Positions 27,762 to 35,355 of a DNA stretch of 46,558 nt are shown in pieces. Source of the DNA: Candidatus Enterousia sp. (GTDB lineage: Bacteria > Pseudomonadota > Alphaproteobacteria > Rs-D84); the NCBI GenBank assembly GCA_045657405.1, contig JAZOTB010000035.1:1-46558 (forward strand). Direction: 5' to 3'. Each line of letters starts with the position of its first letter. Position 1 is the stretch's first letter. The notes below the pieces were generated by a model that had not been told where the DNA came from, made no database searches, and was given only the letters and a program-made list of their open reading frames with translations. A program made the position numbers and the translations under genes.

Positions 27762-28706
27762 GTGCGTAAATTATTGGTTGTTTTATCTGTATTTGTTGCG
27801 GGGATTGCACATGCGCGTGTGTTGCATGTGGACGATAATACAATAAAACTGTCACAAACAAAAACAACCGACCCCGCCCTGCACGTCCGTATTGGTGATG
27901 AATTGTGGTATGGGAATATGGGACGCTGTCAATTACCCATGAACGAAAACACGGACAAAGAATTAAAAGTAAAATATAACAATACGGATTATTGGGTGTC
28001 AGATCATACAGGTTATATTATCCAAGATGGGAAATTGACAGATGTATTATGTAATGTATATTTAATGGGAACTGGCACACAATGGATTGATACAGAACAT
28101 ATACCAACACTGGTCACCCGCAGTGAGTTAGAATTAAAGTTTTCTGATGATGAATATAAAGCCAGCGGTTCCGAAGTTTTTTTTGGTATTTGGGATACGC
28201 CGGCTAATTCTGCATATGCTGTAAATTTTGGTGTTGGCCAAGCCCAAGGGCGCAACGTTTTTCCATGGATATGCCGGTGGGATGGTAGTGGAGGACCATC
28301 ATGGTGCCGCTCTTTTAGTGGATTTAGCATTTCTACAAAACAAAAAACCACAAAACAAACATTTATATTGGATGCAAAAAATAATTACGCCCAATACGGC
28401 ACTGTTTCACATGAGTTACAGGGGCGCAAAACGGTTGAAACGCATGCCATAACTTTATTTGGGCGGCGTACAATTTCAAAAGACGGCACAGAAAGCGTTC
28501 TTGTTTATTCGAGAAATAATGCCATGTACATATATTCCACCAAGATATACGAAGATGACGTATTGGTGCGGCATTTTGTGCCGGTGCCATGTGGGTTAAA
28601 AATTGGGGATTTTGTTGTGCCAAGTAACGGCATGTGGGATATTGTGGAACAAAAATTTTATGGCAATATGGGAACTGGTGATTTTATTTATGGCGTGGAT
28701 GAGTAG
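27762..28706 (+). CDS. Secreted protein: shared N-terminal module plus a C-terminal beta-rich (LamG/lectin-like) domain
   Basis: GTG start with GGGGGG RBS; signal peptide ending AHA; YL.GTGTQWIDT...IYS.KIY....LVRHFVP....GMWD.V..KFY.N.GTG.F pattern. The fold assignment is inference. Confidence 0.75.
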   Translation: MRKLLVVLSVFVAGIAHARVLHVDDNTIKLSQTKTTDPALHVRIGDELWYGNMGRCQLPMNENTDKELKVKYNNTDYWVSDHTGYIIQDGKLTDVLCNVYLMGTGTQWIDTEHIPTLVTRSELELKFSDDEYKASGSEVFFGIWDTPANSAYAVNFGVGQAQGRNVFPWICRWDGSGGPSWCRSFSGFSISTKQKTTKQTFILDAKNNYAQYGTVSHELQGRKTVETHAITLFGRRTISKDGTESVLVYSRNNAMYIYSTKIYEDDVLVRHFVPVPCGLKIGDFVVPSNGMWDIVEQKFYGNMGTGDFIYGVDE

Positions 28707-28710
28707 ATGT

Positions 28711-28738
28711 AAAAAAATCCCCCAATTGGGGGATTTTT
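28711..28738. terminator. Bidirectional terminator (AATCCCC family)
   Basis: AAAAAAATCCCCCAATTGGGGGATTTTT. Confidence 0.88.
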
Positions 28739-29183
28739 ATGATATCTTTTGAATACGTCTGATACGACGTTCGCAATTATCAAATGGTGATTCCAAAAAT
28801 GTTTGAACGCACATAAATGCAACTTCTATGTCAATGTCGTCTGCAGCCAATGCCAGTACGTTTATGTCGTCATGAAAGCGGTCGTCACGTGCCTGGTTCG
28901 GTGTGTTGCAACGTGATGCACGAATGTGTTTGTATCTGTTTGCTGCAATCATAACGCCTGCGCCTGTACCACAAATGATAATGCCACGTGCGTCTGGTTC
29001 GTCAATCATTGCATCTGCCAGTGTTGCAGCAATGTCTGGATAGTCAACAGATGTGTTCGGATCATCAATACCCAAATTTACAGTGTTGTATCCTGCCGCG
29101 GCCAGCATTTCAATCAGATATAATTTTAGACCAACGCCACGATGGTCGGCTGCGATAAAAACACGTGATACGTTCTTATTCAT
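28737..29183 (-). CDS. rpiB: Ribose-5-phosphate isomerase B
   Basis: IAADHRG..LK, VDYPD, GIIICGTG.G..IAANR and H.D.NVLAL motifs. Confidence 0.92.
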   Translation of the reverse strand: MNKNVSRVFIAADHRGVGLKLYLIEMLAAAGYNTVNLGIDDPNTSVDYPDIAATLADAMIDEPDARGIIICGTGAGVMIAANRYKHIRASRCNTPNQARDDRFHDDINVLALAADDIDIEVAFMCVQTFLESPFDNCERRIRRIQKIS

Positions 29184-29541
29184 CTTTCTTTCCTTTGTCT
29201 TCTTCTTTGCGTTTTGATAGCTTGCAATCCAGACCAGTGTTGCCTGTGATGTTTAATGTTTTGTATGCTAATGTGCCGGTCATCTGGGCTGCATTAAATA
29301 CGTTTGCTGTATTTACAGTCGCAGAACCATCCAGTGTGCCATGTAAAAATAACACGGGTGTATTTATGTCACCAATAACAATACCACCACGACCAATGAC
29401 AACTGTTTCAGCAGTAATATTACCAATAACTTCGCCATGAATTTGAACGTTATGGTCTGTTTTTATGTCGCCTGTAACTTTGCAACCTGCCCCAATAACA
29501 GTTGGTGATTGCTTTTCTGATGCGTTTGTAAATGCCAACAT
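29176..29541 (-). CDS. Bactofilin (polymer-forming cytoskeletal protein)
   Basis: TVIGAGCKVTGDI...VQIHGEVIGNI...VVIGRGGIVIGDI beta-helix pattern; start moved to ATG 29541. Confidence 0.9.
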   Translation of the reverse strand: MLAFTNASEKQSPTVIGAGCKVTGDIKTDHNVQIHGEVIGNITAETVVIGRGGIVIGDINTPVLFLHGTLDGSATVNTANVFNAAQMTGTLAYKTLNITGNTGLDCKLSKRKEEDKGKKDE

Positions 29542-29542
29542 T

Positions 29543-30817
29543 TTATTTTTCCCCTTGTACAAATTTTGTTGGATCAAATGGTGTTCCTTTGTATCTGATT
29601 TCGTAATGCAGATGTGGTCCTGTTGAACGACCAGATGAACCCGCAAGTCCGATTACGGTTCCTGGTCTGACCCAATCGCCACGTGATACTTTGATTTGTG
29701 ATAAGTGTGCGTATAATGTTGTAAACCCAAGACCATGGTCAATTTCAACTGTTGTGCCATATCCAACGCGTTCACCAGCAGATATAACACGGCCTGGGGC
29801 AACTGCCATTAATTCTGTGCCAATTTTTCCAGAAAAGTCAATGCCACGATGTTTTTTGGGTTTGCCTGTAAATGGATCGTTACGTGTGCCATAGTTTGAA
29901 GTTATGCGTGACTTTACAGGTTTTCCCAATGGTAAAACTTCGTTCAGACGACGCAGACCGTTCCATTTCTCAAGTCCATCTGCCAGTTTTTGATATTTTT
30001 CATCTAAATTCTTGTTGAATTCAATAGGTGTAAATGCAGATCCAACCAGTGGACTGGAATATTTGTTTACGCCACGAATAAGTGTTTTTTCGTTTAGTCC
30101 TAATGATGCTAATGTGCTGTTTATTTGTTTTATCTGTTTTTGCAAATTGTCTGAATTTTCTTTGGTCAGTGCACTGACTGTATCAACGATTATATTGTCT
30201 GCTTCGGCAATTTGAAGCATAGACTCTATCATTTTAGTATTACGTTTCTTTAATTCTTCGTTTTCAGAGCGTGTTAATTCATATTCTGCAGACAATTCGG
30301 ACATTTTGAAGTATTCTGGTGTGTAATCTTCATCTTTTAGCATTTCTGCAATACGTGTGCGCAAGAATTCTAGTTCACCCCATGTTTTACTGCGACTATT
30401 TATTAATGATTCTTTGTCTGATTTGTCTTTGGTATTCAAAATTTTGTCGTCAATAATGCTTAGTTCACGTGTCAGAGATGTGTATTTGGCTAAATATGTT
30501 TGTAAGTCTGTCATGTGGCGGGCATGTGTGTCGCGAACTTGTTCCAGTTGTTGTGTGCGTTTTTGTAATAGTGGGCGATGATATACAAAAACATATGTGG
30601 ACCATGATGCCCATAATAGTAATCCAATCTTGCCACAAAAGCGTGTAAAACGCCAAAAACTGCTTTGTTCATAAGAATATACATTACCGTTTGGTGTGTC
30701 CATTACAGTAAATTGGCGTGGTGGAAAAATACGCGTAATCATGCGCCAGACAGCACGAAATGGCGATGTAATAAACGCCCAAAGTGATGTAAAATATTTC
30801 GCTATAAAGTTTAACAT
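29543..30817 (-). CDS. M23 family peptidoglycan endopeptidase with N-terminal TM and coiled coil (LmdC-like)
   Basis: ITSNYGTRNDPF..HRGIDF, GYG..VEIDH, YAHL and STGPHLHYEI motifs. Confidence 0.92.
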   Translation of the reverse strand: MLNFIAKYFTSLWAFITSPFRAVWRMITRIFPPRQFTVMDTPNGNVYSYEQSSFWRFTRFCGKIGLLLWASWSTYVFVYHRPLLQKRTQQLEQVRDTHARHMTDLQTYLAKYTSLTRELSIIDDKILNTKDKSDKESLINSRSKTWGELEFLRTRIAEMLKDEDYTPEYFKMSELSAEYELTRSENEELKKRNTKMIESMLQIAEADNIIVDTVSALTKENSDNLQKQIKQINSTLASLGLNEKTLIRGVNKYSSPLVGSAFTPIEFNKNLDEKYQKLADGLEKWNGLRRLNEVLPLGKPVKSRITSNYGTRNDPFTGKPKKHRGIDFSGKIGTELMAVAPGRVISAGERVGYGTTVEIDHGLGFTTLYAHLSQIKVSRGDWVRPGTVIGLAGSSGRSTGPHLHYEIRYKGTPFDPTKFVQGEK

Positions 30818-31500
30818 GTCTGGGATATTTTAGACAACGCATTTGTAATAGTCAAGCCATCGCGTAAAATCGCGTCACAATTCATGGATGTGCCTTTATG
30901 AATTATGCTGATGCCCTTGGTGCCAAGACGACCCGAAATTAAAACGCGTTCAGCAGTATTCTTAGAACCAAATAATGGTAATATGTTGATGTCACCAAGT
31001 TTCTTTGACATTTCTGATATTGCTTTAGCAGTGGTGGCAGCATCTGTTATTATACAAAAAGTGCCCATTGGTCGCACGCGTGCAATACAGCGGGATATCC
31101 ATGCTGATAAATCAGAATTATGATGTGCGTTGTGATGTGCAGGTGTGCCGTTGAAATATGGCGGATTTGTTACAACCAGATCATATGTTTTATCTGTTTT
31201 CCATGTGGTTATATCCGCGTGTATCAGTTCAAACGTAGCATCATTTAAGTTGGCGTTTTGTTCTGCTAGCGACAACATTTCATCGGATGTGTCAATGCCT
31301 GTAATGCGTGCTTCTGTGTTGTGGGTATGCAGGCATAGTGCAACGCCACCAGAACCAATGCCAACATCAAGAATTGTTTTTGCAGCATTGTTTGCCGCGA
31401 ACGCGGCCAGCCATACTGCATCAGATGTTGGGTTGTAAAAACTGCGATGCATTTTTACACGTCCGCCAAGTAAAGTAAAAATTTCTTGTTTTGTGCTCAT
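30811..31500 (-). CDS. SAM-dependent methyltransferase, tRNA1(Val) m6A37 (TrmN6/YfiC)-like
   Basis: DAVWLAAF, ILDVGIGSG and VVTNPPYF motifs. Confidence 0.8.
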   Translation of the reverse strand: MSTKQEIFTLLGGRVKMHRSFYNPTSDAVWLAAFAANNAAKTILDVGIGSGGVALCLHTHNTEARITGIDTSDEMLSLAEQNANLNDATFELIHADITTWKTDKTYDLVVTNPPYFNGTPAHHNAHHNSDLSAWISRCIARVRPMGTFCIITDAATTAKAISEMSKKLGDINILPLFGSKNTAERVLISGRLGTKGISIIHKGTSMNCDAILRDGLTITNALSKISQTC

Positions 31501-31540
31501 ATACATTTATAATAAATCATTAAAATTAAAAGGCAAGTTT

Positions 31541-32527
31541 ATGTTGGAAGATATCGTTGTTGTACAAAGTGCGGTCAGTGCTTTTAATAATGTTGCATTA
31601 TGGGGTGCTGCATTTTTTTGGTGGGCGCTGTTGATGTTGCCGTTGTTTGCAATGGTTGTCTATTATGGTCGTGATTTTGTTGCGCGTATTGGTTGGAATA
31701 ATGAAAATTTAATAAGCAAAATTACTTTTTGGACCGCGATATTTGTGTTTTTATGGTTGGTATTTATCGGTGGAAATTATGCGGTGTTACGTGATGACTT
31801 GTCTGTTTTGCCAATGCTAAATGCGCTGATTATATTTTTAGCGTCTTTGTTTGTTTCTTCTCATATTCCACGGGGAAAACTGCCGTTAAAGGGTTGGCGT
31901 GGTATATTATTGCTTGTGCTGTTGTTGCTAATGCTTGGTATGTCTGGTGTGCATGTATGGTGGGGACCTGTATTGCAGATAGGTGCGTTTACAGTTGGTT
32001 TTTTATTTGGTCGTATTGCTAAATCGCCCATGCGTCCAATTGGCGGCTGTGTTTTGATTATGATGACAACTATGTTTGCGATTCTGATGCAACCAGAATT
32101 TTTTAGATTTGGACAGTTGGGCAATCTGACGGTTTTACATTTGTTGGCAATATTATTGTTTGGTGTTTTTGCTGTTGCGACAGTTGTTGTGTACAATGTT
32201 AATCCGGCAAACAAGATAAAATATAATATATACGTTAAACTAAAGTGGCTGTGTCGTGTATTTTGTTTGCTGGGAAGTGCACTATTCTTGTTGACCGAAG
32301 CGGTACCTGTATTTCTTGGAACATTAGTTGTTTTTGGGTTGATGTTCATGTTATCTGTGTTTCACGTTGAACATATTACAGATAATTTACAAGAAAAGTT
32401 GTTTGCTTTGTCTTTGATGTGTTTTGGTGTTATTACTGTGATGCCTGTTATTACATCAATGGGTTTGTTGTTATGGATAAACAAATGCAACAGTAACTTT
32501 ATATCTGAATTCAAGGCCTTGTTATAA
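31541..32527 (+). CDS. Polytopic inner-membrane hypothetical protein
   Basis: About 10 hydrophobic segments; start placed at MLEDIV. Confidence 0.75.
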   Translation: MLEDIVVVQSAVSAFNNVALWGAAFFWWALLMLPLFAMVVYYGRDFVARIGWNNENLISKITFWTAIFVFLWLVFIGGNYAVLRDDLSVLPMLNALIIFLASLFVSSHIPRGKLPLKGWRGILLLVLLLLMLGMSGVHVWWGPVLQIGAFTVGFLFGRIAKSPMRPIGGCVLIMMTTMFAILMQPEFFRFGQLGNLTVLHLLAILLFGVFAVATVVVYNVNPANKIKYNIYVKLKWLCRVFCLLGSALFLLTEAVPVFLGTLVVFGLMFMLSVFHVEHITDNLQEKLFALSLMCFGVITVMPVITSMGLLLWINKCNSNFISEFKALL

Positions 32528-32612
32528 TTTGTTATATTATTTTAATACAAAATATCGCATGAATACTGTACTATTCGTATAGTTATTAATATTAATAAAG
32601 GCGATAAGTATT

Positions 32613-33410
32613 ATGTTTGTACATCCAACTGCTATTATTCACGAAGGCGCCCAGATTGGGGCAGATTGTAAAATTGGACCATATTGTATTATTGGACCAA
32701 ATGTTGTTCTGGGTGAACGTGTAGAATTAGTGTCTCATGTTGTGATTGATGGCAAGACATCAATTGGTGATGATTCTATTGTGTATCCATTTGCTGTGCT
32801 GGGCGTTATGAGTCAGGATTTGAAATGGCAAGACGAAGCAACAATGACAGGGTTACGCATTGGTAAAAGATGTAGAATTCGTGAATATGTAACAATTCAT
32901 TCTGGAACACCTGCATCTGATGGGACTGTTGTTGGTGATGACTGTCAGATTATGGTTAATGCACACGTTGGACACGACTGCAAAATCGGCAACAGTGTTG
33001 TTATGTCTAATTTAGTTCAGGTTGCAGGACATGTAGAAGTTGAAGATTTTGCAATATTGTCTGGTGGTGTAATGGTGTTGCAGTTTGCACGTATTGGGCG
33101 TAATGCGTTTGTTGGTGGAATGTCTGGTGTTGGAAATGACGTTTTGCCTTATGCAATTTATGATGGCGCACGTGCTGTGTATCGTACTATTAATCGTGTT
33201 GGTTTAATGCGTCATGGATTTACCAATGAAGATATGCATGCGATACATTCTGTGTATTCTGCTGTATTTCGTGCAGACGAAGGAACTGTTGCAGAACGTT
33301 TAGCCAAGGTTCGCAAGGAAGTAAAAAATAACAAGTATGCTATGGATGCGATTGATTTTATAGAAAATCGTTCTAAGCGTGGAATTGGCACGTCAAAAAA
33401 TGCAGAATAA
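32613..33410 (+). CDS. lpxA: UDP-N-acetylglucosamine acyltransferase
   Basis: HPTAII hexapeptide repeats, QDLK, IREYVTIH.GT, HVGHDC, AGHV and IN.VGL.R.GF. Confidence 0.95.
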   Translation: MFVHPTAIIHEGAQIGADCKIGPYCIIGPNVVLGERVELVSHVVIDGKTSIGDDSIVYPFAVLGVMSQDLKWQDEATMTGLRIGKRCRIREYVTIHSGTPASDGTVVGDDCQIMVNAHVGHDCKIGNSVVMSNLVQVAGHVEVEDFAILSGGVMVLQFARIGRNAFVGGMSGVGNDVLPYAIYDGARAVYRTINRVGLMRHGFTNEDMHAIHSVYSAVFRADEGTVAERLAKVRKEVKNNKYAMDAIDFIENRSKRGIGTSKNAE

Positions 33411-34536
33411 GCAAAAACGTATTTTTATAATCGCTGGGGAAGTTTCTGGTGATGTGTTGGGCGGCCATATTATGTCTGAGATGCCAAATGCGGAATTTTT
33501 TGGTATTGGTGGCGAAAATATGCAGCGTGCTGGATTAAAATCTTTATTTCCTATGTCGGATTTATCTGTTATGGGAATTGTAGAGGTGTTGGCGCATGCC
33601 AAAACTTTGACCCGCAGAATCAAGCAAACAGTTGATGCGATACTTGAATATAAGCCGGATATAGTCGTAACAATTGACTCACCTGGTTTTGCAAAGTCTG
33701 TGATAAAACAAATTCGCAACAGTGATTCAGGCAAAGAATTGATTAGAAATGGTTTGCGTTTTCATCATGTTGTTGCGCCACAGGTTTGGGCATGGCGTTC
33801 AGGGCGTGCAAAAAAATACGCTAAGTTGTTTGATAAACTGTATGCGTTTTTTGACTTTGAAATACCGTATTTTACTAAGTTTGGATTGGATACAGTTGCT
33901 GTTGGTCATCCGATTGCAGACGGATTAATTGGAAAGTATAAAGTTACAAAAAAAGAATCAGAAAAGATTATTACTTTGATTCCTGGCAGTAGAATGAGTG
34001 AGGTTAAACGGTTGTTGCCATTAATGCGTGATGTTGTAGATCGTTTGGTGCGCAATGGTTATCATGGTTATAAATTTGTAATACCAACAGTTGAAACGAC
34101 GGTTGATTATGTTTCTAGGGAAATAAAAAAATGGTCTGTTCAGCCGGAATTGATTTCATCTGAAAAACGTTATGATATTTATTCAAAAACATATATTGCG
34201 ATTGCTGCAAGCGGTACTGTTTCCGCAGAATTAGCTATGTTGCATGTGCCAACAGTTGTTGTTTATAAAATGAATCCAATAACAATGTGGATTGGTCGCA
34301 GACTGATTCGTGTTAAATGGGTTTCTTTGGTTAATATATTGTTAAATCGTGGTGTGTTCCCAGAATGTTTGGGTGGTGATGCAAATGTTGAGTGTGTTGT
34401 TTCGTCTGTTCAAAAATTAACAATTCCATCAAATAGAAAAAAAATGATAGCAGATTTGTCGGCTGTAGATGATATGTGGCGCAAGCCGAACGGCAGTGCT
34501 AGCGTCATTGTTGCACACGATTTATTAAAATTGTAA
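33400..34536 (+). CDS. lpxB: Lipid-A-disaccharide synthase
   Basis: AGEVSGD.LG, LSVMG..EV, IDSPGF, APQVWAWR.GR, GHP, PGSR..E and SGT...E motifs. Confidence 0.95.
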   Translation: MQNKQKRIFIIAGEVSGDVLGGHIMSEMPNAEFFGIGGENMQRAGLKSLFPMSDLSVMGIVEVLAHAKTLTRRIKQTVDAILEYKPDIVVTIDSPGFAKSVIKQIRNSDSGKELIRNGLRFHHVVAPQVWAWRSGRAKKYAKLFDKLYAFFDFEIPYFTKFGLDTVAVGHPIADGLIGKYKVTKKESEKIITLIPGSRMSEVKRLLPLMRDVVDRLVRNGYHGYKFVIPTVETTVDYVSREIKKWSVQPELISSEKRYDIYSKTYIAIAASGTVSAELAMLHVPTVVVYKMNPITMWIGRRLIRVKWVSLVNILLNRGVFPECLGGDANVECVVSSVQKLTIPSNRKKMIADLSAVDDMWRKPNGSASVIVAHDLLKL

Positions 34537-34613
34537 AATATATAACAGATGAATTTTTCTGTTGGAAAGGATTTTTTTTTATGATATAATATTCATATAC
34601 CAAGGAGATAGAA

Positions 34614-34877
34614 ATGCGTATATTTGTGTTGGGATTAGTATGTGTATTATTTTCAGGTGCTGTATTTGCAGATGTTGATACTGCTACTGTGCAGGTTCCA
34701 AGTAAGTCATATGTTGAAAATGCAAGTAATTTGACAGCAGGAACAGTTAATGCAGAACGTTTACCTATTGGACAGACAGAAAAAACAGTTGCTGCTGGTG
34801 ATGATAGTCGTTTTGATTCCATTTCTTTGGGACGTCCTGGGGAAAGTACTGGTCGTGCGCAGATGTGGATTGAATAA
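34614..34877 (+). CDS. Small secreted protein with a tail-fibre-like motif
   Basis: AGGAG RBS; signal peptide; SKSYVE.ASNLTAGTVNAERLP.G....TVAAGDDSRF. Confidence 0.75.
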   Translation: MRIFVLGLVCVLFSGAVFADVDTATVQVPSKSYVENASNLTAGTVNAERLPIGQTEKTVAAGDDSRFDSISLGRPGESTGRAQMWIE

Positions 34878-34891
34878 AAATAAAAGATTTG

Positions 34892-34920
34892 AAAAAAAGC
34901 ACCCTATTGGGTGCTTTTTT
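34892..34920 (+). terminator. Intrinsic terminator
   Basis: AAAAAAAGCACCC-TATT-GGGTGCTTTTTT. Confidence 0.85.
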
Positions 34921-34942
34921 GTGATTTTTAATTTGTTATATT

Positions 34943-34966
34943 AAAAATCCCCGTTGGGGGATTTTT
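34943..34966 (-). terminator. Terminator (AATCCCC family)
   Basis: AAAAATCCCC-GTTG-GGGGATTTTT. Confidence 0.85.
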
Positions 34967-35282
34967 AACGTAATCCTTTGTCGCGACAACATGCCGATGC
35001 AGCAGATTGCCAACTGGAATATTCTTTGTTTGGATTGCGCAAATCGCGCCATGGTTGCCAGCCGCTGCAACGTTTACTGTTCCCAGAATTTGTGCATTTT
35101 GCATAACGACGTAAAGAGCATGTTTGGTTAGACAGTTTTCCTGTATCTGTTGTACATTTTATAACGATATTTTGGTTTTTCGCATCGTTTTTCCCAAGTT
35201 CTTTGGAGGATAAAACCTGATATGCATTTGCAGAACAAATTGTTGCAAGAACCAAGACTGATGATAATAATATCTTTTTCAT
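34965..35282 (-). CDS. Small secreted Cys-rich basic protein
   Basis: MKKILLSSVLVLATICSANA signal peptide; 6 Cys in the mature part. Confidence 0.75.
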   Translation of the reverse strand: MKKILLSSVLVLATICSANAYQVLSSKELGKNDAKNQNIVIKCTTDTGKLSNQTCSLRRYAKCTNSGNSKRCSGWQPWRDLRNPNKEYSSWQSAASACCRDKGLR

Positions 35283-35355
35283 ATTCTTTGCCCCCATTTA
35301 TATTATACGTGTATTATAGTTAATTTTTTTTATAAATACAATGGGAATGTATATA

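Noticed and set aside
27502..27867. 121-aa minus-strand ORF over the structured leader (possible icd/ash-like peptide)
   Set aside because: It runs opposite to the promoter and terminator, overlaps the secreted-protein gene and has no recognisable motif.
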